Source of the DNA: Lama glama
Lineage: Eukaryota
Assembly (NCBI GenBank): GCA_028534125.1
Contig: CM052816.1
Location: 85,686,001 to 85,750,000 of the forward strand
Length of the DNA: 64,000 nt
Reading direction: 5' to 3'
The notes beneath the pieces were generated by a model, which saw only the letters and a list, made by a program, of their open reading frames with translations, ran no database searches and was not told where the DNA came from. A program made the translations under genes and the position numbers. Positions within the stretch are counted from its first letter, which is position 1. Each line of letters starts with the position of its first letter. Below, in pieces: positions 14,116 to 27,249 of the stretch.

Positions 14116-17100
14116 ATTAAACAATGTATATTATCACAAGTATCATATAAATACAGGTGACATTTATAAAGAGAATACAACCATTTATAGGAACAAACAA
14201 TATATATTTATACATGTTATCATAGGCAAAAATCTCATTTACGTAAAGTAGATGGTATATGTATTTGTATTTTATTCTTTTAATAATTATTAATGAATGC
14301 TTTCTAGATTTGAAGAGTTGTATGTTTAGCTTTTATCACATACTAATTGACAGATTTTTAAGGTTGTTATCAATACATTTGTTATAGAATTTGCTATGTT
14401 TGATCTGACAAACTTTATTAAACCTTGAAGCAGTAATATATACACTTTTACACAAAATTATAGAAACCTATGTAAACGTGGGTAAAATATGATTATATTT
14501 GGAAATTCTGTCATCCATCCTCATTATACTGTTGGCTTCCTCTTCAAAACATAAGCAGGCTAGAAAGTCCTTGCTTATTTGGAATACGTGTATTAAATAT
14601 TTATCATTTAATATGTTTCAGGTGGAATTATATTTTCATATATTATTCATTTTGTCTTTCATCTTTCTCTAATTACTAAATTTTTGAATAGTCATTTTTT
14701 AATGAGTGGAATAAAATATTTTAATCATTAATATATTTTATTCTGCAACCAGTATCTACAAGAACTTATAATTTACATTTTATCACTGACTTAAGCTTCC
14801 TTGCTTTCAGAAATGTTTCTTTTGTGTCATCATATCTTTTATCTGATGTTTACAATCACTACCCATTTTCCTTCAAATGTGTGCATTATTGTAATGAAAT
14901 TTTGATAAAAACTTGAGAAATTTCATTTCTCTTTCTATGCTTATTTTACTTAAATTTTAAATAATAATTTTAAAACATATTTTAAGTTTTTCACACTATT
15001 CTGAAGACTTGGACAGAATAAAGCTGTATTTTCATGATAGCATGATAAAATTATAAACCAATACAATTTTACATGCTTGCAAAAGGATGCTGCAAGCTTA
15101 GTCTGCTATATGTAATTTGGATGCATGTTTGTTCTCTGTACAATTTCTGTAAAAAAAACAGATTAATTCTGTTACCTACTTATGATAAAACAAAAACCTA
15201 CAAAATGGTTTCAAACACAAGTTCCCATATATAGTTATGTATTATACATTTAATCATTTAATTGTCCCAGTTGATTTGAAACTTAATATATTCAAATCAT
15301 TGCAAGCAATTGATTTATATGTAAAAGTTACACAGCCTGAAGTTGTTAAATACACACAAAAATAAAGTCTTCTTTGTCTTAAATTAAAATTACTTTGATG
15401 AACTAATATTTGTTGATATTTTTGTTTAACTAATATACTAAACAATATCATTACTTTGTTAGTATTGGTATTACTGATTTCAAATGTCAATAAGCTAATA
15501 TCTTTGGGATTTTCTATTTGTTCCAAAATAGATTATTTAGTACTCATTGAAGGACCACATCTTGGTAATGAACAGAAATAATTTCTTAGAAGCACAGACC
15601 TAGTAATGATAGGGCTGTTCCCCCAAAAGCAATGACAGACAGTAAAGAAGATAAAAGGTATATGCAAAGCTTCAACTTTTTTTTCTTCCTTTAATTTTAG
15701 TGCATTAGTACCGATCCTCAAAAAATTCTTCAGATCTCATTAAGGAGTTTTAGTGAAGGTGTATTGAAAAATAGTGTAATTGGGAAAACATTAGAGTGAA
15801 CCTCTGACATTTAAAAGCATTCTAATTCATTATAGGATGTTGAGAAACCTTGGATCTAGTCATGTTTTGCCCTAATTATCTGGTAGAAGTAGAGTTTTGG
15901 GTGTGATTTTTCCCTCTGACATAGTCTTCTATTCAGTTTCTTAATGGTAGGCTGGAGCACACTAGGGCAAATGTGCTTAACAAAGCTAATAGCTGTCAGA
16001 AGAACTAGAGAATGGAGATATTCTGTTAGAATTGCAGGTTATGGGAACAGAATCAAAGAAAAGAAGATTTTCCTAAGCATGGGCAGCACAAGATACTCAT
16101 TGATGTTTTATTCAGACAAAACTGCTTTTTAGCTTTCCAAAGAATGCATGTTTCACAATTGCTTAAACCTCTCAGTGGTGAAAATCCATGAAGGGTACAT
16201 TCTCTGTCTCAAGCTTAAATCAAACTCCCCTGCCTCTTTTCTTCTTAAATGACAAACTGGAGAACTTCTGGGAAAGAGAGGATACAAAAAATATATATAT
16301 TTGTAATCTGCTTTTTGCTTTTATTTCATAATTGGTAGGAAAAGAAAGTCAAAACAAAATAAAGTTTTTAAAATATTGGCAGCTTCTCAACAAGAAAAGT
16401 TCCCCTGTTTAATAATTATCTATGGATAAGAAATAGCATGAAATTGCCATATTGATGAATCATAATGGTAGGTGAAGACTGCCGAATTCTGAGTACATGA
16501 ATGATAAAAATAACGACATACTTTAGTTGGGAAATTTTTAATGAATATTTAATACTTTGCAATTTTACCCATGTTCATCTAAGTTACAAAACACTTAAAT
16601 TATCTATATATGAATGGGAAGTTCTAAACTAATATTTATGAAAATAAATGACAATATTACCCTCCTACTAGGGCTTAAAGTCTTATATATCGTGACAATT
16701 TTATAGTCTTCTGTGCTAATTTTACCTGTTATTTATTTTTAAAGGCTTCCTTTATGAAACTTCCGTACATTCAGACTTGCCAAATTAATATTTCAAAAAT
16801 CTGATTATTTCAGAAAAATATTGTAATGATAGCACATACTTTTTAATTTCAAATGATTTTTTAAAATATCTAAATTAGATATTATTAACTTATAGATCAT
16901 CTTTTCATTCCAAATATAGAAACTCTGCAGCAAATATATGAGGCTAAACAAAGGAGGAAACCATGCTCCACAACAATTCCAAAAAGATTATATTTTTCAT
17001 CTTATGTTCGCTTTATTGAATAATCTGTTTTATTGATGACTTGGCTATATATGCTGCATTCTGGTTGAAATGTGGGTTGGTATTTTATTTACCCAATTGT

Positions 17101-17619
17101 AGTTGGACATTGTGGGAAACACTATGAGAGACTATCTGTAAATTAAGAAGGAAAACTTTGTTCACAGTTACTATACTTATTATGTTTTAACGATAATTAA
17201 AAACTTATTTTAACCAACATTATGTATCAATATAATATAAACAAATACTAAATAAATTTAACTACTATTAATTTAAATTTAGTTTTACTATTATATATTA
17301 TAAAATTTACTTTATTTATAAATTATTTACAATTTTTCTAGTTCCATAAATAAATTTCAGGTGAGTCAGTATCAATTTTATTTAACAAAGCAAAAATAAA
17401 ACTTCAGGTGAAAAAAAGGCATTATATTTCTGTTAGACCCTGCTTTCCATATGTCTATTTTTCCAGTCAATAATTCGGTCTAATTTAGATACTTATGGAT
17501 TTTAACTGATTCAGTTATTTCCAAGAAATTGTGCTGTTTGTACTAAATCAATATTTTTGCTATGCTAGAACTAAATGTAACTTGATAACGTTTTATCCAC
17601 TGCAAAGTATAAAACATAT

Positions 17620-17790
17620 GTTATAAATGCTCTTATTTATACCTTAAAGCAAGCTTGTGAGATGAAGACAGCTAGTATTGTTACCTCTACTCTAAAGGCA
17701 AGGAAATAATTACAGAGATGTTAAATGATTTAAACTATTCATGTGCTGAGAAAAGTGGTGGTAAATCCAACTTCTGAGTCCAAGACTCTT
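17620..17790 (-). mobile_element. MIR SINE remnant
   Basis: Antisense core 'cttgtgagatg...tattgttacctctact...aggaaa...cagagatgttaaatgattt'. Confidence 0.55.
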
Positions 17791-17935
17791 TTTCTCAAGT
17801 GGAGAAAACCTAGTAAAACAGAAAAGACTCAGAGAGTTTCTATTTAATAATATATTTTTATAACTGGTAATTTTTATGTCACATAAGTTTCCCAAAAGAA
17901 GGTCATGACTTCACATCATTAAACATAAAATGGCT

Positions 17936-18372
17936 TAAGCCAGAAAGAGAAAGAAAAATACCATATTATCACTTACATGTGGAATCTATAAAAAAAACAA
18001 ACAAACTTATTTACAAAACAGAAACAGACTCACAGACATAGAAAACAAACTTGTGGTTACCTGGGGATGAAGAGGGTGGGAAGGAATAAATCGGGAGTTT
18101 GAGATTTGCAGATACTAACTACTATATAAAAAATAAACAACAAGTATACTGTATAGCAAAGAGAACTATATTCAATATCTTGTAGTAACTTATGGTTAAA
18201 AACAATATGAAAATGAATGTATTTATGTCCCTATATGAGTGAAGTATTTTGATGTACACCAGAAATTCACACAACATTGTAAACTGACTATATTTCAATA
18301 AAAATATATTATAAAAAATACAATAAAGTACCAGTAAAACAAAACAAAACAAATAACAAACAAACCAAAAAA
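17936..18372 (+). mobile_element. Young 5'-truncated L1 3' UTR with A-rich tail
   Basis: 'agccagaaagagaaagaaaaatacc...cattgtaaactgactatatttcaataaaa' followed by an (AAAAC)n tail. Short 'cataaaat' duplication on both sides. Confidence 0.9.
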
Positions 18373-18779
18373 TCATAAAATAGGAGGAAAGGTTGGGAGG
18401 AAAGACAAAAATCGGCTTGAAATAATGTACATTTAAATGCCAGAGTCTCATCCTTCAAAAATCATTAAATATATGAGAATCACTCAGTACTACATGCATT
18501 CAAAATAAATAGATTGTTTTTCCCTTTCACTTTATTTTTGTTATTTACTTTCATAATTCCCTCTCTTTTTTTAAAAGTATTTCTAACATATCATACAAGG
18601 GATAGTTTTAACGACTGTCAGCTCGTGGAAAAAGTTAATTTCAATATCCTCTTCCATCTACCCCCCTAACATTATAGAAGAGTTAGCTAGATATAATTTT
18701 AGCATGAACCATAAAAAAAAGATAAGGGCTATTTTTATAATAGTTTAAATAATTCTTTAATATTATCAAACATTCAGTA

Positions 18780-19260
18780 AGGATGCTAATTTCCAATTGT
18801 ATCACATAAATATCAAAGTATCTGAATCAATACCCAAATATAACTCTTTAATTTTTATTGGTTGATAGGTGTCTGAATTTCTTTTAGTCTGTACATTCCT
18901 CCTTTTGTTTCTGTTTCTCTCTCTTTCAACCTCCTTGTATATATTTTGCTGGAGAAACCCAGATATCCTCAAATTTCCAATTTTGTTGGGTGAATCCTCT
19001 TGGTGTAGCTGTAGCTGTAAATTAACAGTCATATCAAAACTTTTGAACAAATTCAGGTTGCATTTCTCTTTTTAGGTGGTGGTAGTGGCAAGAAAACACC
19101 ATATATATCTTCCCTCATCATATCAATATTAAGTCTTCTTCTGTTTAGTTCATTTTAAGATAATAGGTTATAGTTTTCATTTGTTTTCTCAAAATGTGTA
19201 TTGAGAGCTATTATTAATCATAGGGTGTTACTGTACTCCATGTTCTTTTTGTATGTAACT
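18780..19260 (-). mobile_element. Old L1 (L1MC-like) 3' UTR remnant
   Basis: Degenerate similarity to antisense L1MC 3' UTR ('ggagaaacccag...ggcaagaaaacac'). Confidence 0.4.
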
Positions 19261-19489
19261 GCAATTTCATTTTTTCACTCATTTACTACTTTACATTAAT
19301 TTTCCTAACATTTATAGGGAAGGGAGAAGTCAATATAGCTTTTCCGTATCCCAGTGGTAAAATTTGCTTTTTTCTTAATTTCAAGAATTGTTCTAAATAT
19401 GGCCTCTTCCTTCCTAAAATCTGCCTTCTCAGTACCTTCACCCATCTCACATTTTCATTCTGACATTTTTCTTTTTACCTTGCTTTTCA

Positions 19490-20050
19490 CAAAGCAAGTA
19501 GAAAAGAGAAAAATGTTACAATGTTTATAGAGAAGACCATACATATTAAAGAGATAGAGATATCAAATTGTCATAGATTTGCTGTGCTTGCAGAAGTGCA
19601 CAGGAAACATCAGATAAACAGAAAATGAGTCTGTACTGTTTAATGATGTTTAAAGATATAAACAGGAGAATTCAACATGCAAAGAAAAAAAAACCTAAAA
19701 GAAACTAAAATAACTAGACAGATATAAAAAGAGAAAATTGATACTCTAAAATAAAAAATATATATAAGTTAGGCAAGGAAGAGCAAACTTAAAAAACTGA
19801 AAAACAGATCTAAAGACATTACATAAATGCAGCACATGGAGGATTAACAGCTAGAAAATATGAAAAGGAAGTTAAGAAATAGAGGCTACAGGGAGAAGTA
19901 GAATCAATTTTTATAACTGGAGTTCAAGAATAAGGTAATACAGGAAACAACGATAAAAAATGCTTAACAATATAATTATTGAACTTTGTCCAGAGTTAAT
20001 TAATGGGAAGCATTTTTTAACAAAGTATACTGAGTTCCAAACAAGTGATA
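19490..20050 (+). mobile_element. Ancient L1 ORF1-like remnant
   Basis: Purine-rich, coiled-coil-like coding remnant ('aaactgaaaaacagatctaaagacattacataaatgcagcac...aaatatgaaaaggaagttaag'). Confidence 0.55.
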
Positions 20051-20053
20051 GAT

Positions 20054-20072
20054 GGAAGGAAGGAAGGAAGGA

Positions 20073-20106
<34 letters not shown>
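20054..20106 (+). repeat. Compound microsatellite (GGAA)n(GGCA)n
   Basis: Directly visible. Confidence 0.97.
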
Positions 20107-20155
20107 AAAAAAGGCGAAGAGAGTAGATAAATCAGCATCAAGATAATTGGTAGTC

Positions 20156-20220
20156 GTATTAGTTTGCTAGGGCTGCCTTAATAAAGTATCACAAACTAGG
20201 TAGCTTAAACAAAAGAAGTA
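20156..20220 (-). mobile_element. MLT1 (MaLR) LTR end fragment
   Basis: 'gtattagtttgctagggctgcc..aataaagtatcacaaactaggtagcttaaac' is the typical MLT1 terminus. Confidence 0.75.
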
Positions 20221-20284
20221 GGCTGCTTATTAAATCACTGCCAGGGTTTACATCCTCAGCTGTTATGGTTAAGGACTGACTATT

Positions 20285-20660
20285 ACAAGTTGAATTCTTG
20301 GGAAGCAGTCATTGAGATAAAGTTTGTAGTGCAAATTTTATGCCTGTTCAAGAAAGAAGATGTAGAGTCGATCAGAGGAAGAAGTCAGATTGAAGGTGAG
20401 CCTGGCACATCTTCAGTCTACCCAGCAGATAGCTCTGAGACTGTCAGATTTATGCTGTATACGGAGAAAAGGACAGGCACTGGTTATGAGCTGTTCTGGG
20501 AAGAGAATGACTTCGGACAAGGTGGCTTTTCGAAACTAAGCCAGAATCTAAGTAAGCTGACAGAAAGCTGGAGGCTGCCTGCTGACCATACCACCCACAT
20601 TTACATGGGCAGCCAAGTCCTTCATTAAAGAGGATGTGGGAAACACATCTCCTTATCTAC
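20285..20660 (-). mobile_element. LTR33-like ERVL solo LTR
   Basis: 'gggaagcag...tgagat...gtgcaaatttta...gctctgag...gacaaggtggct...gctgacag' matches my recall of the LTR33 consensus. Confidence 0.55.
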
Positions 20661-20779
20661 TGTGCTACTTTATCAGAGTTCCAATTTGGATATCAAGTAT
20701 TCAATGTTATCAATGCTATACTGAACTATTTAAATGCCTGTAATTTAAAGATTTCTGTTGTGAAGTTGAATTCAGATAT

Positions 20780-21430
20780 GACATAGAACAGGATACAACC
20801 TGGAAAAAGAGCAGTATCTATTTTTGATAAACTGTAATAAAAGACTCTTATAAATCAAAAAGAAAAAGACCAACAACAGCAGGGGTGGGGGGAAGCAGCA
20901 AAGGAAGTAGTTTGCAAAAAAGATGCATGAAGGTTTAAACCCTGTTGGAATAAGACCAAACTCATAATAAAAGAAATACACATTAAACTTCACTGGGATG
21001 CTAGTCCTTGGCAATCAGTTTTGTGAAGCACAAAATATCTACTATTCATAGTGCTGACAAGGGTTCAGAAAACAGCTCTCCTGTATATCACTGGATTATA
21101 TGGAAAACTGGGTAAAAACATCCTTGCAGGACATTCAGCAATAACTTTCAAAATGAAAAATGAACTTTATGTTTTTCCCAGCTTTCCCAGTTTCAGGTAT
21201 TTATGTTAGTAATAAAGAAGAAAACCATGTAGATCAGGAACAACTGAAAACGATTCTATCAATAAGGACTTTATTTATGGCACTATCAGATAGTTCAATG
21301 AGGCACAGACATTAAAAGAATGATGGGTATATGTACTAAAAGCAAATTTACTCAAAGGCTTAACATGCTTTGAAAAACTGTTCAAATCATTAAAAAGAGC
21401 AAGGTACGAAAGTGTGTAGTCACAGGTTAA
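20780..21430 (+). mobile_element. Ancient L1 (L1ME-like) ORF2 3' remnant
   Basis: 'aaagactcttataaatcaaaaagaaaaagaccaacaac' and downstream motifs. Confidence 0.55.
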
Positions 21431-21699
21431 GAGTTGTGTTAAACATATGCATATCCTTATAGACATACAGGCATATATTAGAAACAAAACAGTCACATTG
21501 TGAAAAGTGGAACTTTCTTCATTATCAATGCTTAAACCTAGTTTTTAAAATGAGTGCTCCTTCTGCTGATGGTATAAAATTTCATGTCAGTACAGGAACA
21601 CAATTGCTCCTTTTCAAAATCCACAGCATTTTCCCATTCTTTCTTTCATATTATTTTTATAGTGGACCTTAATATATTTTGCCAAATTCTCAGCCTCCC

Positions 21700-21852
21700 T
21701 TTGGTAGTCTGTTTCTGATTTGACTCACAATTTTCCCAACTCCTAGTACTTACAGCCTAGTGAATCCCCTCCCAGTGTGCAGCTGGACCTATGACTTGCT
21801 TATGATGAAAAACATTTGGCAAAGGTGATGGGGGGGTCATTTCCAAAATTAA
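21700..21852 (+). mobile_element. MLT1 (F/G/H-like) LTR 5' fragment
   Basis: 'gctggaccta.tgacttgctt...tggcaaaggtgatggg..gtcatttccaaaatta'. Confidence 0.7.
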
Positions 21853-21874
21853 AAGTCTGCATCTTTCATCTTGT

Positions 21875-22708
21875 TTGAATAGCTAAAATCTAGGATACTC
21901 ACAACATTAAATGCTGTTGAGGATGTAGAGCAACAGGAGTTCTCATTCATTGCTGGTGGGAAAGCAGAACGGTACAACCACCATGGAAGACAGTTTGGCA
22001 GTTTCTTAAAAAATAAACACACTCTAACCATATGATCCAATTGTGCTCCTTGGTATTTACCTGAAGGAGTTAAAAACTTATGTCCACAGAAAAATCTGCA
22101 CTTGGATGTTTATGTCAACTTTATTCATAACTGCCAAAATTTGGAAGTACTCAAGATGTCCTTCAGGTGAATAGATAAGTAAACTGTGATACATCAAGAG
22201 AATAGAATATTACTCAGGACTAAAAAGAAAAGAGCTATCAAGTCATGAAAAGACATGGGGAACAGTTAATACATATGTCTAAGTGAAAGAAGCCAATCTG
22301 AAAAGACTACATCCTGTATGGTTTCAACTTTATGACAATCTGGAAAAAGAAAAAACTACAGAGACAGTAAAAGATTAGTGGTTGCTAGCAGTGGGAGAGA
22401 TAAATAGGTAGACAACAGAGGATTTTTAGGGTAGTGTGGAACTATAATGGTGGGTACATGTTTCTACACATTTGTCCAAACTCATAGAATGTACAACACT
22501 AAGAGTGAGCCCTAACATAAACTATGCACTCTTATTGATAATGACATGGCAACACTGGTTCATCAATGGTATCCAATATACCATTCTGGTTAGAGATGCT
22601 GATAATGAGGAAGGCTATACATGTGTTGAGGTGGGAGATGTATGGGAACCTCTGTACCTTAAGGTCAATTTAGGGCTAAACCTAAAACAACTTAGAAAAA
22701 ACAAAGTC
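21875..22708 (+). mobile_element. L1MC-like 3' end
   Basis: ORF2 tail followed by the L1MC 3' UTR 'tttgtccaaactcatagaatgtacaacactaagagtgagccctaa'. Confidence 0.85.
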
Positions 22709-23112
22709 TGTTCAGAATAAGAGTCTTAGTTGTTTATGCATGTTCAACTGATGTACAACATATAGAAGTAACATTTCTGCTAGTATTTCTTGTGCATATC
22801 AGAATATAACTTAAAATATATATCTCTCTCTATAATAAGTATTCTGAAATAAATTGGCACCTGGAATTCATAGCTTACACAATTAAAATATTTATAAACA
22901 TTAACTATTAAAATGATATAGTCTATAGTAATCCTATCAATAAACTTTTTACCCTAAATTTTTGCTTTCATAGAATAAAGCTAAAGAGAATTATCATTTT
23001 TAAAAAGACTTTAGAGTCTTTTATTATTTTTAAAGTCTTTTCAAGTTTGACTGGTAAGCCTAAAATAATTTCTTTCTTGTTTTTGTTTTAAGCTTTCTTG
23101 TATTTTTCCTAT

Positions 23113-23410
23113 AATATATGTGTCTAAGCATATACATATATGTGTATGTATATGTGAAATATTCATATATGTATATGTATATGAGACACATATGCATGCA
23201 TTTGTTTATATGTATATAAACAAGTATGTAGGTTTTGGATTAGGTTACGGTTAAGGTTAGGGCTAGAAATAAGTATTGTGAACTATAGGCATATATGTTC
23301 ATATATATGTGAAATATGGTCACATACCACCTTTATATATTACATGTATCCAAGAAATAAATCATAGAGGAGCATACACACACACATTCGCATGTATGAG
23401 CATATATTGT
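23113..23410. repeat. Low-complexity (TA/TG/CA) region
   Basis: Degenerate dinucleotide repeats. Confidence 0.8.
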
Positions 23411-24974
23411 GCAGAACATTTCATTTTATTTGTCATTTTATTTCTCAGTATGGCACAAACTAAACAGAGATGATCCCCCAAATGAATTAAGTCATCTCAG
23501 TATTTAACTATCTACATCAGATCCAACTTATATAAAATGCAGTTGTACTTCCTTCACCCCTTTACTTTGTACAGTCTTGGCTATTACTTCACCAAAAGTT
23601 GATATAAACCATTAGGTAAATATACAAAGAGAAATAACAGTATAAACAACTTTGAACAATTTCAGCAATGAAAAAAATTAGAAGGGAAATTTTATTTTGT
23701 CTGAAGGTAAAATTCAAGTGTGTAAGTTAAGCTATTTTAAAAAAAATTTAAACAAACAACTAGTAGTCATTTCTCAGAAGAATCTGGTGCAGTTATTTAA
23801 AAAATACACTTAAGTATATAAGTATAAAAATGTATTATTTCCATTTTTGTGGAAATATGAGTTTCTGGGAATGTATGGATTACTAGGAGTTTGCGTCACT
23901 CTTTCTTCTCTGATATAAATATACTTTCTCTGGAAATACCTTGTTCATTGCTCATTTTGCTTTCTCTACCCATTACATCAGAATTCTTTTTTTTTCTGTC
24001 TTATTTGTATTTCCCTCAAGAATAAAAGTAGTTTATATGCTTCCAGCAGGAGGACAGCTTAAGACAGACTAGACATATGTAGTAAAGCACATTAAGTTTA
24101 CCCATTAGTTTACTCCTGGAAGAAGCAGACTGAAAAAGATTAAATAAAAGCCCTAAGGAACTAGAAATAGAAATCAAAAATAGAATCTACAACTAGAAAT
24201 TTAAAGTTTTAGAGCAGTTTAATCATAGAGGTACCTTAAAGATGTTTGTTTAGATACAGTAGAGGAAGCCACAACAAGGAACATTTAGTGTTTTTTATTT
24301 CCCTTACAATATAGCCATTACTCAGTAGGCAAAATACATAATTAATTAAACTACTAATAAAAGAGCCAGATACTTTTGTAAATAATGTTGGTAGATGTTG
24401 AGGAGTAAAAATAATGTATAAAATGTTTTCTAACAAAAACAACAATACATACTGGATGGACAGATAAGTTAAAATCTAACACAGGAATATACAGCACAGA
24501 TCTCTCACTACCACACAGAAACCTTGAATTTTAACATAAATCTCACCTATTATACACCTTCAATTATTGCATTCTTGACTATTTCAGCAGTTCCTATCAA
24601 CTATCAATGTACACAGCGATTTAAATGTTTTGCTTTTAAAAGAGTTGTTTTACTTGTCCACTTTTACAAATTCTTGCAAAGCAATGCCACTGACAAAAAG
24701 AAATTATATCTAGTAATGTCCAGGGATGAGAAGGGCTAAGACATAATATCTTAACCCAGTTATTATTGATTCTGATAAGAAAATACAATTATGTATTTAT
24801 TTAAAATATTTTGGGGTTTTAGAATGACTTTAAAAATTATATAAGTAATGTCTGAGTAGGGTAAAACCAAGTTTCAATGTGTTGTAGGAAGGAGTGTTCA
24901 GAAATCTGTAGGTAGAGTTCCATAGGCTCTACTGACTTCGTTACTCTAAGTTTTATGTGCATGAAGTTTAATTT

Positions 24975-25340
24975 GTAATGCACTTTGGAAAAAAAAAATG
25001 CCTGCAAAGTTTGAGGAAAGGATTGGCCCAGGGAAGAGCTGAGAGTGATACAATTACAGGAGAGCACCCAACAAAATGTACTGGAAGTTCTGGAGTTAAA
25101 TGGCCCTTCCAAAGTGTCTGATCTTAAAACAAGAGGAACAGGGCTTTATCTTCCCACAAAACATGGGTATTAGACATAGGCTTTTTCCAGGAAATGGACA
25201 GGATCTTGACAAATTAACTATCTTTTGCTTAGAACAATTTCCAGAGACAGATTCAAGTGAGAGCTGTTAAATGCTAAACGCTCTCAACAAGATCTTGATG
25301 CTGAAGGGGAAATATTGGCAGTACATGTCAGGGTCCATTA
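24975..25340 (-). mobile_element. LTR33-like ERVL LTR remnant
   Basis: 'ggattggcccagggaagagctg...ggaagttctggagttaaatggcccttc' resembles the 20285-20660 element. Confidence 0.5.
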
Positions 25341-26357
25341 TAGACACAAATTGATATAAACTAAAACTAAAATTATTTTTCTGTCTTTATTCTAAAATCT
25401 ATTAGAACACACGGAGAAAATGTACACTTATAATGTAGGGACAGTTTATATTTGTTAACTACTCATGGAGCACCTGTAACTATATATGGTCCACCAACTC
25501 CATTGGTTTGCATAACACATAATATTTTTTTAACATATTTTTATTGAGTAATAGTCATTTTACAATGTAGTGTCAAATTCTAGTGTAGAGCACAATTTTT
25601 CAGTTATACATGAACATATATATATATTCATTGTCACATTGTTTTTTTCACTATGAGCTACCACAAGATCTTGTATATATTTCCCTGTGCTATACAGTAT
25701 AATCTTTTTATCTATTCTGCATTTTAAAATCCCAATCTGTCCCTTCCCAACCCCCGCCCCCTTGGCAACAACAAGTTTGTATTCTATGTCTATGAGTCTG
25801 TTTCTGTTTTGTATTTGTTTTGTTTGTTTGTTTGTTTGTTTGTTTTAGATTCCTCATATGAGTGATCTCATATGGTATTTTTTTTTCCTCTTTCTGGCTT
25901 ACTTCAGTTAGAATGACATTCTCCAGGAGCATCCATGTTGCTGCAAATGGCATTTTGTTGTTGGTTTTTGTAGCTGAATAGTATTCCGTCGTATAAGTAT
26001 GCCACATCTTCTTTATCCAGTGATCTGTTGATGGACATTTAGGCTGTTTCCATGTTTTGGCTATTGTAAATAGTGCTGCTATGAACATCGGGGTGCAGGT
26101 GTCATGTTGAAGTAGGGTTCCTTCTGGATATATGCCTAGGAGCGGGATTCCTGGGTCATATGGTAAGTCTGTTCCTAGTCTTTTGAGGAATCTCCATACT
26201 GTTTTCCACAGTGGCTTTCCTTGCTTCCCTCTCCCACTCTTAATTATTTAGATGTCTTCTTTTACAATTCTGTGTTTATTCTTTTTGTAATTCATGGCAG
26301 TTATCTCCTTCCCAGTTATGAGTTTCTCATTTTTGTAGCAACTTGCTTCTTTTCTAT

Positions 26358-27249
26358 TTAGAGTAGACCTGTCGATATTTCTTTTAGCATGGGTTTAGTG
26401 TTGTTAAACTCTTTTGAGTTTTTGCTTGTCTGTGAAGTTCTTTATCGCTCCCTCTATTCTAAAGGATAGCCTTGCTGGATAGAGTATCCTAGGCTGCATC
26501 TTTTTTTCATCCAGGACTTTGAATATATCTTGCCACTCCCTTCTGGTCTATAGTGTTTATGCAGAGAAATCAGCTGAGAGCCTTATGGGGGTTCCCTTGT
26601 AACTCACTCTTTGTTTTGCTCTTGCTGCCTTTAGGATCATTTCTTTATCCTTGACTCTGGCCATCTTGATTATGATATGTCTTGGTGTGAGTCTGTTTGG
26701 GTTCTTCATGTTTGGGACCCTCTGAGCTTCCTGTACTTGGATATCTGATTCCTTTAGGTTTGGGAAGTTTTCAGTCATGATTTCTTCAAATACGTTTTCA
26801 ATTCTCTTTGTTCTTTCTTCCCCTTGTGGACCCCCTGCTATGCGTAGATTGGCACACTTTATATTATCCCATAGGTCCCTTATATTGTTTTCTATTTGTT
26901 TTTCTCTCAGCTGTTCTGACTGGGTGCTTTCTGTTGTCCTGTCTTCTAGGTCACTTATTCGTTCCTCTGCATTATCTACTCTGCTTTGTACAGCCTTTAG
27001 GTCAGCTCTCATCACAGCAAATGAGTTGACTAATTCTACTTGGTTCTTCTTTATAGTTTCTATTTCATTTTTGACATATTGTATATCTCTAAACACTATT
27101 TCTTTTAGTTCCTTCAGTACTTTGATCACTCCTTTTTTGAAATCTTGATCTAGTAGTCCATCAGTATCTATTTCATTGATCGTTCTTTCAGGGGATTTCT
27201 CTTGATCTTTTAATTGGGAGCAGTTCCTCTGCTTTTTCATATTGCTCAT
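26358..27249 (-). pseudogene. L1 ORF1p (coiled coil, RRM, CTD) with two nonsense codons and one frameshift near the 3' end
   Basis: The 230-aa ORF has EERISDLEDR, NLRI.G.P.GEE, IMTENFPNL, PRHIIIKM and YKGTPIRLSADFS. Beyond the TAA it reads TL*TRREWQDIFKVL...YPARLSF and, after a +1 shift, ends GLL* at 26358. Confidence 0.95.

Noticed and set aside
26777..27148. 123-aa Ser/Leu-rich plus-strand ORF
   Set aside because: It is the antisense shadow of L1 ORF1.
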